From assembly GCA_964481445.1 (NCBI GenBank), contig CAYZTQ010000001.1:7701-71700 (forward strand): 64,000 nt of DNA, in the 5' to 3' direction. Each line of letters begins with the position of its first letter. Within the stretch, counting starts at the first letter, position 1. The translations under genes and the position numbers were made by a program. Below the pieces are notes generated by a model, which saw only the letters and a list, made by a program, of their open reading frames with translations, did not search any database and had not been told where the DNA came from. This DNA comes from an uncultured Christensenella sp. GTDB lineage: Bacteria; Bacillota; Clostridia; Christensenellales; Aristaeellaceae. Shown here one piece after another: positions 1 through 9,402 of the stretch.

Positions 1-656
1 CGCTGCGTCGGCTTGAGCGCCGAGGTGAGGAAGTAGTTGGTCTGGGCGGGGAAAACCGCTTCGTTATCAATCACCAGCGCTGGGCCGAAGGAAAAGGCGT
101 TCAAGATGCTCAGCCCCGCGTCAGCGATGGCCTGACGGGCGGCTGCCACATCTTTTTTGTGCGCTTTTTGTACCACATGAAAATTGCCTTCGCTGTCGAT
201 GATCAAAAGATCCTCCCCTGTGGGGCGGTTGCGTATCAGCTTGCCCTGGCGCACGATGAACCGCTCGGAGTTGAACTGAAAATAATCGCCGTTCATGGCG
301 AGTACGGCATGATGGCGGGCGGCAATGGTGGCGGCCTTATGCGAGCCCTTGTGCTTGAAGGTGCTGGCAGGGGCCGTCCGCAGCTGCGAAGGGTGCGTTA
401 TCTTGATATGCGCATAGAGGATGTTGGTGTCATACGCGCGATCTTTGTAGATTTTGATGGAAAGACTTTCGTCCTCATAGCCGCCGTCCTCCGGCAGAAA
501 GCACTTCGCCTTGGGCTTGGGCCCGCAGCTCAAATCCATCGGCAGGGGGGCCAGGGCGCTGGCAGGCGAAGGCGCGGCAGGCTCCGCGCACACCGGCGCA
601 AACGTGAGAAGCAGCAGACCGGCAAGAACACGCGCAAGGACATTTCTTCGAAACAT
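1..656 (-). CDS. Secreted phosphodiester glycosidase-like protein (DUF2233/NAGPA-type). Only the 5' part is present; the gene runs off the window edge.
   Basis: Absent from the ORF track because it is open at the window edge. My minus-strand translation from the ATG at 656-654 reads MFRRNVLARVLAGLLLLTFAPVCAEPAAPSPAS...HKGSHKAATIAARHHAVLAMNGDYFQFNSERFIVRQGKLIRNRP... It has a signal peptide. The AMNGDYF segment resembles the phosphodiester glycosidase family from memory. The + ORF 159..686 is its Arg/Gly-rich antisense shadow. Confidence 0.45.
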   Translation of the reverse strand, partial: MFRRNVLARVLAGLLLLTFAPVCAEPAAPSPASALAPLPMDLSCGPKPKAKCFLPEDGGYEDESLSIKIYKDRAYDTNILYAHIKITHPSQLRTAPASTFKHKGSHKAATIAARHHAVLAMNGDYFQFNSERFIVRQGKLIRNRPTGEDLLIIDSEGNFHVVQKAHKKDVAAARQAIADAGLSILNAFSFGPALVIDNEAVFPAQTNYFLTSALKPTQ

Positions 657-815
657 GTGATACTCCTTGTTTCTAAATCAGCGTAAAAATACCATCATTC
701 AGGGGAACTGTCAACGAACCAACCGGCCCGGAAGCGCGATGCTGCCGGGGCATCCCCTGTTTACAGGCCGCAGCGTTGCGGTTATAGTACGGATAATCGC
801 TTTTTGGGAGGGATT

Positions 816-1670
816 ATGAGAAAGCTCTTCGCCGCGGTATCCTGCCTTCTGCTTTGCCTGTGCCTGGGCGCCGGTGCGTCGGAGGGGGCAGTGGAATACC
901 GCAATATCTCCGTATCGCCGGACGGAAGCTATGTGGATTTTGGCAAGACCCGGATCGCTGACCTGAAGCGCTTCTACCGATTTCTTGATGAGCGGCCGGA
1001 ACTTAAAAAGGTAGATTTGTACGCTACACCGCTCAGCCTGAAGAATATGGAAGCCCTGATGGTTCAATATCCCCGGATCGAGTTCGGCTGCACCTTCAGG
1101 TTTGTGAAAGGCACCCTATCCACCAACGCGCAGGCCTATTCCACCTGGAACCATATTTCCGACCCCATGTATCCCTCTGCGCGCTTTGCGGCGCTCAAAT
1201 ACTGTGATTCGCTCAAGGCGCTGGATCTTGGGCACAACCATATCCGGGAGCTTGACTTTATTGCGCATCTGAGCGACCTGCGCATCCTGATTCTGTCGGT
1301 CTGCGATATTGACGACCTGTCCGTCATCGGCAGCTTTGAGCAGCTGGAGTATCTGGAGCTTTTCAATAACGAGATCATGGATCTCTCACCGCTCAAAAAC
1401 CTCAGGAAGCTGAAGCACCTCAACCTCTGCCACAACCCCTTCAGCGACATTTCGCCCCTGCTGGAAATGAAGCAGCTCAAACGGCTCTGGCTATCCGATC
1501 GCTTTCTGACGACTGAACAGAAACAGATGCTGGAAGACGCGCTGCCCGGCTGCGAAATCTGGTATGCCTGGGGTGATTGCACGGGCAACGGCTGGCGCAG
1601 CAAGGGAGGATACTATCCCGCGATGATGAAGGTGTTCAAAAGCGGCGTTTACGCGCCCCTGCCCGATTGA
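816..1670 (+). CDS. Secreted leucine-rich-repeat (internalin-like LRR) protein
   Basis: ORF 804..1670. The likely start is MRKLFAAVSCLLLCLCLGAGASEG (signal peptide). It contains about 22-residue LRR units: LKALDLGHNHIRELDFIAHLSDLRILILSVCDIDDLSVIGSFEQLEYLELFNNEIMDLSPLKNLRKLKHLNLCHNPFSDISPL. Confidence 0.6.
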   Translation: MRKLFAAVSCLLLCLCLGAGASEGAVEYRNISVSPDGSYVDFGKTRIADLKRFYRFLDERPELKKVDLYATPLSLKNMEALMVQYPRIEFGCTFRFVKGTLSTNAQAYSTWNHISDPMYPSARFAALKYCDSLKALDLGHNHIRELDFIAHLSDLRILILSVCDIDDLSVIGSFEQLEYLELFNNEIMDLSPLKNLRKLKHLNLCHNPFSDISPLLEMKQLKRLWLSDRFLTTEQKQMLEDALPGCEIWYAWGDCTGNGWRSKGGYYPAMMKVFKSGVYAPLPD

Positions 1671-1687
1671 TTCAAGGCTTCTGAAAG

Positions 1688-2365
1688 TCAGGGCTCCGGG
1701 CGCTCGCTGCTCAGGCGGATCTTACGGCCGCTGACAGTCAGCCTGCCCTCGCTTTGCATCTGGTACAGCGTCCTCGTCATGGCGCTGCGGTCGATGCATA
1801 AAAAGTCCGCCAGTTCCTGCCGGGCAAGGGGAAGAAGGGGCTCGTCGCTGCCCTGTGCGGCGGCCAGCTCCGACAGATAGCTCAAGAGCTTGTTTTCAAT
1901 GCTGCGCTTGGACAGATGGCGGATGTTGCCCGTCAGGGAGATGTTCTTTGCCGCGATCATGCGGGTAAGCTGATGCAGGAGCGGGCCCGCGAAGCACTCC
2001 CCCTGCCGCCGCGGGGCCAGCAGCGGCTTGACGGGGAGAAAGAGCACGCGGCTCCTTTCCGCCGCGTTGACGCCAAGCGGTATGCATTCTTCCGCCAGCG
2101 CGAAGGATTCCGCGAATACCTCCCCCGCTTCCAGCTTGTGGATCAGCGTCTGGTGCCCCCAGTAATCGGTCTGCCAGACCTGCACGCTGCCTTCCAGCAC
2201 AATGCCCAGCTCGGTGACACGGCTGCCGGGCGCTATCACCGTTTCGCCGCGCGCATAGACGCGCTCGCTGGCCGAAAGAGCGGTCAGCATATCCTGTATT
2301 TCCTTCATTTCCATCTCCTCAAACAGCGGGCAGCGGCTCAGGGCGTTCACATCAGGCGCATCCAT
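1688..2365 (-). CDS. Crp/Fnr family transcriptional regulator
   Basis: 225 aa. The N-terminal cNMP-binding-like beta-roll (CPLFEEMEMKEIQDMLT...GETVIAPGSRVTELGIVLEGSVQV) and the C-terminal HTH (RQELADFLCIDRSAMTRTLYQMQSEGRL) match the typical Crp/Fnr architecture. Confidence 0.75.
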   Translation of the reverse strand: MDAPDVNALSRCPLFEEMEMKEIQDMLTALSASERVYARGETVIAPGSRVTELGIVLEGSVQVWQTDYWGHQTLIHKLEAGEVFAESFALAEECIPLGVNAAERSRVLFLPVKPLLAPRRQGECFAGPLLHQLTRMIAAKNISLTGNIRHLSKRSIENKLLSYLSELAAAQGSDEPLLPLARQELADFLCIDRSAMTRTLYQMQSEGRLTVSGRKIRLSSERPEP

Positions 2366-2380
2366 CGTTCAGTCTCCTCT

Positions 2381-2396
2381 TGTTGCATCCGCAACA
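2381..2396. promoter_or_regulatory. Perfect 16-bp palindrome TGTTGC-ATCC-GCAACA in the divergent crp/ferredoxin intergenic region; candidate Crp/Fnr-type operator
   Basis: Read directly at 2381-2396. It has 6-bp arms and a 4-bp spacer. A TATGAT -10-like hexamer lies at 2418-2423, which would place the palindrome centre about 41 nt upstream of a TSS near 2430. Confidence 0.35.
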
Positions 2397-2450
2397 TATC
2401 TGATGGGTGGATTATCCTATGATGGCTTCCGTAAGTCAAGGAGGGCGAAC

Positions 2451-3176
2451 ATGAAACGCAAGATTGTAAGCATTGATGAAGCGCGCTGCACCGGCTGCGG
2501 CCTGTGCGCGGAGGCCTGCCATGAGGGGGCCATCGCCATGATAGACGGCAAGGCCCGATTGATTCGGGATGATTACTGCGATGGGCTCGGCGCCTGCCTG
2601 CCCGCCTGCCCCGCGGACGCCATTCAGATCATTGAGCGCGAGGCGGATGCCTTTGACGAAGAAGCGGTCAAAGAAAACCTCGCGTCAAAGGGAAAAACGG
2701 CTAAACCAGCCGCGCAACCCCTCTCTTTCGGCTGCCCGGGCGTGCGGGCGCAGGCTCTGAACCACTCCGCGGCGCAGCAAAGCCCGGAGCCTCAGACAGA
2801 CTGGCCGCAGAGCCGGCTTGCCCAGTGGCCTGTGCAGATACAGCTGGCGCCGCTGACCGCGCCCTATTTTGACGGGGCGAACCTCTTGATCGCGGCGGAC
2901 TGCGCGGCCTACGCCCACGCCAATTTCCACAATCGCTTCATGAAAAACAGGGTGACGCTGATCGGCTGTCCGAAGCTCGATCCCGTCAATTACGCCGAAA
3001 AACTGACCGAGATTCTAAAACGCAACGCCATCAAATCGGTCACGCTGGTGCGCATGGAGGTGCCCTGCTGCGGCGGCCTCGAGCGCGCGCTGGTGCAGGC
3101 GCTGCAAAACAGCGGTAAGTTCATCCCCTGGCAGGTGACTACGCTGAGCATCCGGGGCGATATTTTGGAAGACTGA
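2451..3176 (+). CDS. 4Fe-4S dicluster (ferredoxin-type) domain protein with a Cys-containing C-terminal domain
   Basis: In ORF 2403..3176 the likely start is MKRKIVSIDE, preceded by the RBS AAGGAGGG. Two ferredoxin motifs are present: CTGCGLCAEACHEGAI and CDGLGACLPACPADAI. The C-terminal domain carries CPKLD and VPCCGG. Confidence 0.7.
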   Translation: MKRKIVSIDEARCTGCGLCAEACHEGAIAMIDGKARLIRDDYCDGLGACLPACPADAIQIIEREADAFDEEAVKENLASKGKTAKPAAQPLSFGCPGVRAQALNHSAAQQSPEPQTDWPQSRLAQWPVQIQLAPLTAPYFDGANLLIAADCAAYAHANFHNRFMKNRVTLIGCPKLDPVNYAEKLTEILKRNAIKSVTLVRMEVPCCGGLERALVQALQNSGKFIPWQVTTLSIRGDILED

Positions 3177-3204
3177 GTTTCCGGGTTCTTTAACCCAATT
3201 AGAA

Positions 3205-3240
3205 AACCGCTCTGCTTTTTCAGGAAGCAAAGCGGCTTTC
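3205..3240. terminator. Bidirectional stem-loop between convergent genes
   Basis: CCGCTCTGCTT (3207-3217) pairs with AAGCAAAGCGG (3225-3235) with one mismatch. T/A-rich runs flank it on both sides. Confidence 0.4.
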
Positions 3241-3256
3241 TTTGTGCCGGTCTGGT

Positions 3257-4252
3257 TTATTTGCGGGAAAACTCCTTGGTGTAGCTGACCAGCTCATCCA
3301 CCGTGGTGAAGGCAAGGCCCGTCACGGTGTCGGCGCAGCCGTAGTAGATGGCGATGCGGCCGGTATCGGCGTCGCTCAGCGTCGCGCAGGGGAAGACCAC
3401 GTTAGGCACATCGCCCACGCATTCATACAGCTCGGTGGGGCCCATGATGTAATCCATGCTGCGGTATTTCACGATCCATGGCCTGTCGATATCCAGAATC
3501 GCGCTGCCCATGCGGTAGACAAAGCCGTTGCAGGTGGTGATGACGCCGTGGTAGATCAGCAGCCAGCCTTCATCCGTCTCAATCGGGATGGGGCCGGGGC
3601 CTATCTTGGTGGACTGCCAGGCGGATTCATTGCTCTTGATGGTGCCCATCATGTAGCGGTGGCGGCCCCACAGCTCAAGATCGGGGCTCTGGCTGACAAA
3701 AATATCGCCGAAGGGCGTGTGGCCGTTGTCGCTGGGGCGGCTCATCATCATGTACTGGCCGCCGATTTTGCGGGGGAAAAGCACACCGTTGCGGTTGAAG
3801 GGCAAAAAGGCGTTCTCCAGCTGGGTAAAGGTCTTGAAATCGTGCGTATACGCCACACCGATGGTGGGCGCGCCATGGTAGCCGTTGCACCAGGTCACGT
3901 AGTAGCGCCCGTCCATGAAGCACACGCGCGGGTCGTAGCGGTAATCCACCTTCAAAATCTCATCGTCCGCGCCCTGCATCCGGATGGGTTCATCCTCAAT
4001 TTTCCAGTTGAGGCCGTCCTTGCTGAAGCCGGCGAACAGATCCATGCTGATGGAGCGGCTGTCGCAGCGGAAGATGCCGGCAAAACCGCCTTCAAAGGGA
4101 ACGACCGCGCTGTTGAACACGCTGTTGGAGCGCCGATTGCCGTCCCGCCCGATGATGGGGTTGTTGGAATAGCGCCATACGGGGCCGCGTTCGCCCTGAG
4201 GCTTCTCCTGCCAGGGGATGTTGGGGAGCGCCGTACCGATAATCTTTGCCAT
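3257..4252 (-). CDS. Glycoside hydrolase family 130 protein (beta-mannoside phosphorylase/glycosidase type)
   Basis: In ORF 3257..4294 the start is taken at [18 protein letters not shown], which has a GGAGGAGAG RBS. Segments such as [54 protein letters not shown] and VVFPCATL...IYYGCADT are typical of GH130 five-bladed propellers (from memory). Confidence 0.75.
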   Translation of the reverse strand: MAKIIGTALPNIPWQEKPQGERGPVWRYSNNPIIGRDGNRRSNSVFNSAVVPFEGGFAGIFRCDSRSISMDLFAGFSKDGLNWKIEDEPIRMQGADDEILKVDYRYDPRVCFMDGRYYVTWCNGYHGAPTIGVAYTHDFKTFTQLENAFLPFNRNGVLFPRKIGGQYMMMSRPSDNGHTPFGDIFVSQSPDLELWGRHRYMMGTIKSNESAWQSTKIGPGPIPIETDEGWLLIYHGVITTCNGFVYRMGSAILDIDRPWIVKYRSMDYIMGPTELYECVGDVPNVVFPCATLSDADTGRIAIYYGCADTVTGLAFTTVDELVSYTKEFSRK

Positions 4253-4561
4253 GTTTCTCTCCTCCGCTTGATGAATCGGGTGATGATGTGTCAATTACCT
4301 TTGACCGGGCCGCCATGAAACAGTGAAGCGGCACCGGATACCGCCGGTTATTATACCTATTGCTTCCCCCACACGCAACGCTGGGAATGGAAAGGCGTAG
4401 AGCGGTGCCAAAACGACTGGCAAGAAGTGGAGCGGCCGCTTCAATTCTATTTGCTGTCAGGCGGCCGGTCTGTTGACTTGCGGGAGGTGAAAGAGTATGG
4501 TTTTTGCATCAGAATCGATGTGCCGAGTGCAGGCAAAAGGCGCGAATAAGGAGAAGCCGAT

Positions 4562-6643
4562 ATGAATCATCAGCATTCCATCAAAATGGACAAGCCGACC
4601 CTTGGGGTCTGCTATTACCCCGAACACTGGCCGAAGGAAATGTGGCAGGATGACCTGCGCCGCATGAAGGAGCACGGCATCGAGGTCGTGCGCGTCTTTG
4701 AATTTGCCTGGAGCGTTGTCGAACCCTATGAAGACGTGTACGATTATGCCTTGTTCGACAGCTTTCTGGATTTGGCGGCAAAAGAAGGCACCCGTGTGAT
4801 CATGTGTACGCCCACCGCTACGCCGCCCGCCTGGCTGACTGCAAAGCATCCCGAGGTGCTGAACGCCGATGTGGACGGAAACCTGATGCATCACGGCCAC
4901 AGAAGGCATTACAATTACAATTCCGATACGTATATCTATTATACAGAACGGATCGTGGGCAGGCTGGCCGCCCGCTACGGGCAGCACCCGGCCATCATCG
5001 GCTGGCAGATTGACAACGAGATCAACTGTGAGATCAACGAGTTCTACTCGGATGCCGACCGCGAGGCCTTCCGGCGGTATCTGCGCGCGCACTTTGGCAC
5101 GCTGGAGGCGCTCAACGCGGCGATTGGCGCCAATTTCTGGAGCCAGAGCTATTCCGACTGGTCGCAGGTGGATCTTTCCCGCCACACGCTGCATGGCCTT
5201 GGCAACCCGCACCTGTCGCTGCTGGAAAAGCGCTTCTTTTCAAAGAGCGCCATCCGCTTTGTGAAGCTGCAGAGCGATATCCTGAGAAAGTATGTCGGCG
5301 ACCGCTTTGTCACCACCAATGGCATCTTCGGGCATCTGGATAACTTTGAGATGGTGAATACGGCGCTTGATTTCATCACCTATGACAGCTACCCCAACTT
5401 CGCCTATGGCGAGGAGGGCATCAACTCCGGCAAAAAGGCGAAAGGCGAGAGCGATCTTGGCGACCGCGCGTGGAGCATGAACCTCTCCTACGCCAGAGCC
5501 CTCAGCCCGAATTTCGGCGTGATGGAGCAGCAGTCGGGCGCCAACGGCTGGGATTTCCGCATGCTCGCGCCGATGCCTAAACCCGGCCAGATGCGCCTTT
5601 GGACGCTGCAATCCATCGCCCACGGGGCGGATTATGTCAGCTTCTTCCGCTGGCGTACCTGCGCCTACGGCACCGAGATTTACTGGCACGGTATTAACGA
5701 TTACAGCAACGGGGACAACAGGCGTCTTGGCGAGCTGAAGACCATTCATCAGGACCTGCGGAAGCTGAAGGGCCTTGAAGGCAGCGCCTATCAGGCGAAG
5801 GTTGCGCTGGCCTGGGATTATCTCAACGAGTGGGACGGCGAGCGCGACCTGTGGCACGGGCCGCTTGACAGGGCCTCGCGTCAGGGCATCTTCGCGGCCG
5901 CGCAGCGCTCGCACACGCCGATGGATCTATTGTGGATCCGCAGCACCAACACCCATAAGACGCAGCCGGAAGAGCTGCTGAAGTACAAGGTCATCTTCTA
6001 TCCGCACGCCTCCATCCTGACAAAGGATACGGCTGCCCTGCTGAAAGCCTATGTGGAGGCGGGCGGCATCCTGATTCTGGGCGCAAGAACCGGCTACAAG
6101 GATGAGTACGGGCGCTGCCCCATGCAGCCCATGCCCGGCGAAGCGGCGGAGCTGTGCGGCGTAAAGGTGAAGGATTATACGCTGGCAAGGCCGGAAGACA
6201 TGGCAAAGATCGTTTGGAATGGAAAGACATACGAAGCCCCGCAGTTCCACGATGTGCTGGCGCCGGAGCGCGGCGCCGAGGCGGCGGCTTCCTTCTCGGG
6301 CTGCTACTATGACGGCGAATGCGCCATGACGGTCAAAAAGTATAAAAAGGGTGGCCGCGTCTACTACCTGGGCAGCGGCTTCTCGGTGGAGATGGCCGCC
6401 GCGCTGCTTGAAGAAACCAGCGTGATCAGCCCCTACAAGGATACGATTGACTGCCCCGGCGAAGTGGAATTGGCCTGCCGCGCCGGCAAAGAACAGGAAT
6501 ATTACTTTGTTCTCAACTATACAAGCAAACCCCAGACAGTAGCCCTGCGTCAAGAACTGACCGATGCCTTCTCCGGCAGTCAGGTTCAGGGGGAGATAAC
6601 GCTGGCGCCCTATGGCGTGCGGGTGTTTGTGAAAAAGAAATAA
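4562..6643 (+). CDS. GH42 beta-galactosidase
   Basis: 693 aa. The N-terminus PTLGVCYYPEHWPKEMWQDDLRRMKEHGIEVVRVFEFAWSVVEP, together with WQIDNEI and the overall length, fits the GH42 family. RBS is AAGGAGAAG. Confidence 0.85.
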   Translation: MNHQHSIKMDKPTLGVCYYPEHWPKEMWQDDLRRMKEHGIEVVRVFEFAWSVVEPYEDVYDYALFDSFLDLAAKEGTRVIMCTPTATPPAWLTAKHPEVLNADVDGNLMHHGHRRHYNYNSDTYIYYTERIVGRLAARYGQHPAIIGWQIDNEINCEINEFYSDADREAFRRYLRAHFGTLEALNAAIGANFWSQSYSDWSQVDLSRHTLHGLGNPHLSLLEKRFFSKSAIRFVKLQSDILRKYVGDRFVTTNGIFGHLDNFEMVNTALDFITYDSYPNFAYGEEGINSGKKAKGESDLGDRAWSMNLSYARALSPNFGVMEQQSGANGWDFRMLAPMPKPGQMRLWTLQSIAHGADYVSFFRWRTCAYGTEIYWHGINDYSNGDNRRLGELKTIHQDLRKLKGLEGSAYQAKVALAWDYLNEWDGERDLWHGPLDRASRQGIFAAAQRSHTPMDLLWIRSTNTHKTQPEELLKYKVIFYPHASILTKDTAALLKAYVEAGGILILGARTGYKDEYGRCPMQPMPGEAAELCGVKVKDYTLARPEDMAKIVWNGKTYEAPQFHDVLAPERGAEAAASFSGCYYDGECAMTVKKYKKGGRVYYLGSGFSVEMAAALLEETSVISPYKDTIDCPGEVELACRAGKEQEYYFVLNYTSKPQTVALRQELTDAFSGSQVQGEITLAPYGVRVFVKKK

Positions 6644-6924
6644 ACCGGAATGGCAAAGGAATGGGGCAAAGCGTATTCGCTGAAGACACGCTTTTGCCCG
6701 TGAGGCAACACAAGGGCAGAGGGGGCAAGGATGATTGGCTTCTCTGCCCTTCTGCTGCATCGGCATCAGGGGAAGTGAAATCACACCGTGAGAGATAGCC
6801 TGATCTCACGGTGGCCTTTCTCGCCTGTTCTTGTTACAATAGGACATCGTCTTTTATGAACATCGGCTGCGCGGCTTTCGGGCCGCAGCTATCGGAAAAT
6901 TCTGGAAACGCAAGGAGAAGGATT

Positions 6925-9051
6925 ATGAGCAAACCGGCTTATCTGGATGAAACCCTCAGTTTTGAACAGCGTGCGCGGGATCTGGTTGCCCGCATGACGG
7001 TGCAGGAAGCGGCGGATCAGCTCTGCTTCAACGCCCCGGCCATCCCTCGGCTCGGGGTCAAAGCCTACAACTGGTGGAACGAGGCGCTGCACGGCGTCGC
7101 GCGCTGCGGGCTGGCGACTGTGTTCCCGCAGGCCATCGGTCTGGCCGCCACCTTTGATACCGAGGCTGTCGGAAAAATGGCGGAGATCATTTCCACCGAG
7201 GGGCGCGCCAAATTCAACGCCTTTCAAAAGGAAGGGGACTGCGGCATCTATAAGGGGCTGACTTATTGGAGCCCGAATGTCAACATTTTCCGCGACCCGC
7301 GCTGGGGCCGCGGGCAGGAGACCTATGGCGAGGATCCCTACCTGACCTCGCGCCTGGGCGTTGCCTTTGTGAAGGGGCTGCAGGGTGATGACAAGCGCTA
7401 CCTGAAAGCCGCCGGCTGTGCCAAGCACTTCGCCGTGCACTCGGGACCGGAAGCAATCCGGCACGAGTTTGACGCCGTGGCCTCCCCCAGAGACATGAGC
7501 GAGACCTATCTGCCCGCCTTTGAGGCCCTCTGCAAAGAGGCGAAGGTCGAAGGCTTTATGGGCGCCTACAACCGCACCAATGGCGAGCCCTGCTGCGCCA
7601 GCCCCGCCCTGCTTGGCAGGACGCTGCGGGAAGATTGGGGCTTTGACGGCTACACGGTCAGCGACTGCTGGGCGATTGCGGATTTTCACCTGCACCATGC
7701 GGTTACGCCCGCCGCGCCCGAATCCGCCGCGCTGGCGCTGAACAACGGCTGCAACCTCAACTGCGGCAACACCTACAAACACCTGATTTCCGCTCTTGAA
7801 AAGGGCCTGATTACCGAGGAGCTCATCCGTGAAAACTGTGTGCGCGCCATGACAACCCGCATGCGCCTGGGCCTGTTTGACGCGGCTACGCCCTGGGATC
7901 AGCTGGGCTATGAGGTGGTGGATTGTGACGCGCACCGCGCCTACAACCTTGAATTATCCCGAAAATCGCTGGTGCTGCTCAAAAACGACGGCCTTCTGCC
8001 GCTGAATGAAACGAAAATCGGCAGCATCGCGGTTATCGGCCCCAACGCCGACAATAATACCGCGCTTGTCGGCAACTACCACGGCCATTACGGCGCCGCG
8101 ACGACGGTGCTGGAGGGTCTGCAGCAGGCGCTGCCGCAGACCAAGGTGCTGCGCTCCCGCGGCTGCCATTTGTGGAAGGACGAGGGGGAGAACCCCGGTT
8201 ACGCGGGCGACGGCGTCAGCGACGCCTTGGCTGTTGCCAGGATGGCACAGGCAGTGGTGCTCTGCGTGGGCCTTGATGAGACCATCGAAGGAGAAGAGAT
8301 GGGCAACAAAGGCGAGAAGTGGACGGGTGATAAGCCGGATCTGCTGCTGCCCGAATGTCAGCGTATTTTGATGGAAGCTGTGCTGAAGCTCAACAAGCCC
8401 ACCATCATCGTCAATATGACCGGCAGCGCGGTCGACCTTGGCAAGGCGGGCGAACAGGCCAACGCGGTGGTGCAGGCCTTCTACCCCGGTGCGCAGGGCG
8501 GGCGGGCTGTGGCCGACCTGCTGCTTGGCAGGTTCAGCCCCTCCGGGCGGCTGCCCGTCACCTTTTACCATAACGATGATCAGCTGCCGGACTTTACCGA
8601 CTATAGCATGGAGGGGCGCACCTACAAGTACTTCGCGGGCAAACCCCTGTATCCCTTCGGCTTTGGCCTTTCCTATACCCGCTTTGAGTACAGCGGCCTG
8701 ACGCTTGAGCCCGCAAAGCCCGGCGAGGCCCTGCGCGGCAGCGTGCGGGTCAAGAATATCGGTGACAGAGATGGCGACGAGGTGGTGCAGGTGTATATCC
8801 GGCATCAAAACGCCCCTGTTCGCACGCCAAAGCATCAGCTGGCGCATTTCGGCCGCGTCAGCCTGAAGGCGGGTGAAGAAACCGTCTATCGCTTTGAACT
8901 CCCCGCGAAATCGCTGGCGCTGATTGCTGACGACGGCAGCTTCTTCTTCGAGCACGGCAGATTCACCGTCTTTGCGGGCGGCAGCCAGCCGGATGAGAGG
9001 TCGCAGGAACTGCTCGGCACAGCTCCGGTGAAGACAGAGGTGGCGTGGTGA
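6925..9051 (+). CDS. GH3 beta-glucosidase/beta-xylosidase
   Basis: In ORF 6811..9051 the start is taken at MSKPAYLDETLSFEQRARDLVARMT, which has the RBS AAGGAGAAGG. GH3 hallmarks are present: NWWNEALHGV, KHFAVHSGPE, GYTVSDCWAI, and a C-terminal Fn3-like domain with PLYPFGFGLSYT. Confidence 0.85.
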   Translation: MSKPAYLDETLSFEQRARDLVARMTVQEAADQLCFNAPAIPRLGVKAYNWWNEALHGVARCGLATVFPQAIGLAATFDTEAVGKMAEIISTEGRAKFNAFQKEGDCGIYKGLTYWSPNVNIFRDPRWGRGQETYGEDPYLTSRLGVAFVKGLQGDDKRYLKAAGCAKHFAVHSGPEAIRHEFDAVASPRDMSETYLPAFEALCKEAKVEGFMGAYNRTNGEPCCASPALLGRTLREDWGFDGYTVSDCWAIADFHLHHAVTPAAPESAALALNNGCNLNCGNTYKHLISALEKGLITEELIRENCVRAMTTRMRLGLFDAATPWDQLGYEVVDCDAHRAYNLELSRKSLVLLKNDGLLPLNETKIGSIAVIGPNADNNTALVGNYHGHYGAATTVLEGLQQALPQTKVLRSRGCHLWKDEGENPGYAGDGVSDALAVARMAQAVVLCVGLDETIEGEEMGNKGEKWTGDKPDLLLPECQRILMEAVLKLNKPTIIVNMTGSAVDLGKAGEQANAVVQAFYPGAQGGRAVADLLLGRFSPSGRLPVTFYHNDDQLPDFTDYSMEGRTYKYFAGKPLYPFGFGLSYTRFEYSGLTLEPAKPGEALRGSVRVKNIGDRDGDEVVQVYIRHQNAPVRTPKHQLAHFGRVSLKAGEETVYRFELPAKSLALIADDGSFFFEHGRFTVFAGGSQPDERSQELLGTAPVKTEVAW

Positions 9052-9214
9052 GGAGGGCGCGCTCTCTCCTGCCCGCATGAAATCTGCGAAAAAAGCAAAA
9101 CCTGCTCTGATCAATCAGATACCGCATCCTGAAGACGATGAGGTTCAGTTATCTGCCGTTCTTGCCGATGATTGCAGGAAGCTATGCTGCGGGATAATTG
9201 GCATTTTCGATTTC

Positions 9215-9243
9215 TTGACAAAGAAACCAGTCAGTGCTATGCT
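9215..9243 (+). promoter_or_regulatory. SigA-type promoter for tRNA-Arg
   Basis: TTGACA (9215-9220), a 17-nt spacer, then TATGCT (9238-9243), about 38 nt upstream of the tRNA. An imperfect hairpin CCCTTGTAAATC/GATTTACAGGGG lies between them. Confidence 0.4.
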
Positions 9244-9280
9244 CAAACTCCCTTGTAAATCAACGATTTACAGGGGATAA

Positions 9281-9357
9281 GCGCCCGTAGCGCAGCTGGA
9301 TAGCGCGTCAGACTCCGACTCTGAAGGCCGTGGGTTCGAATCCCGCCGGGCGTACCA
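9281..9357 (+). tRNA. tRNA-Arg (anticodon CCG)
   Basis: I folded the cloverleaf by hand. The acceptor is GCGCCCG/CGGGCGT, the D arm GCGC-AGCTGGATA-GCGC, the anticodon stem TCAGA/TCTGA with loop CT-CCG-AC, and the T arm GTGGG-TTCGAAT-CCCGC. Discriminator A and an encoded CCA are present. Confidence 0.9.
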
Positions 9358-9360
9358 CCA

Positions 9361-9402
9361 AACAACCCTGATCTTGATACGAGATTGGGGTTGTTACTTT
9401 TT
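9361..9402 (+). terminator. Rho-independent terminator after the tRNA
   Basis: AACAACCC (9361-9368) pairs with GGGTTGTT (9388-9395), with an inner ATCT/AGAT pairing, followed by ACTTTTT. Confidence 0.6.

Noticed and set aside
159-686. 175-aa + strand ORF at the window start
   Set aside because: Its composition is Arg/Gly/Ala-rich and low-complexity. It lies exactly antisense to a minus-strand gene that has a clear signal peptide, an RBS and family-like motifs, so it is an antisense shadow.
3242-4318. 358-aa + strand ORF
   Set aside because: It is antisense to the well-supported GH130 gene. Its Ala/Gly/Val/His-rich composition is typical of high-GC shadow ORFs.
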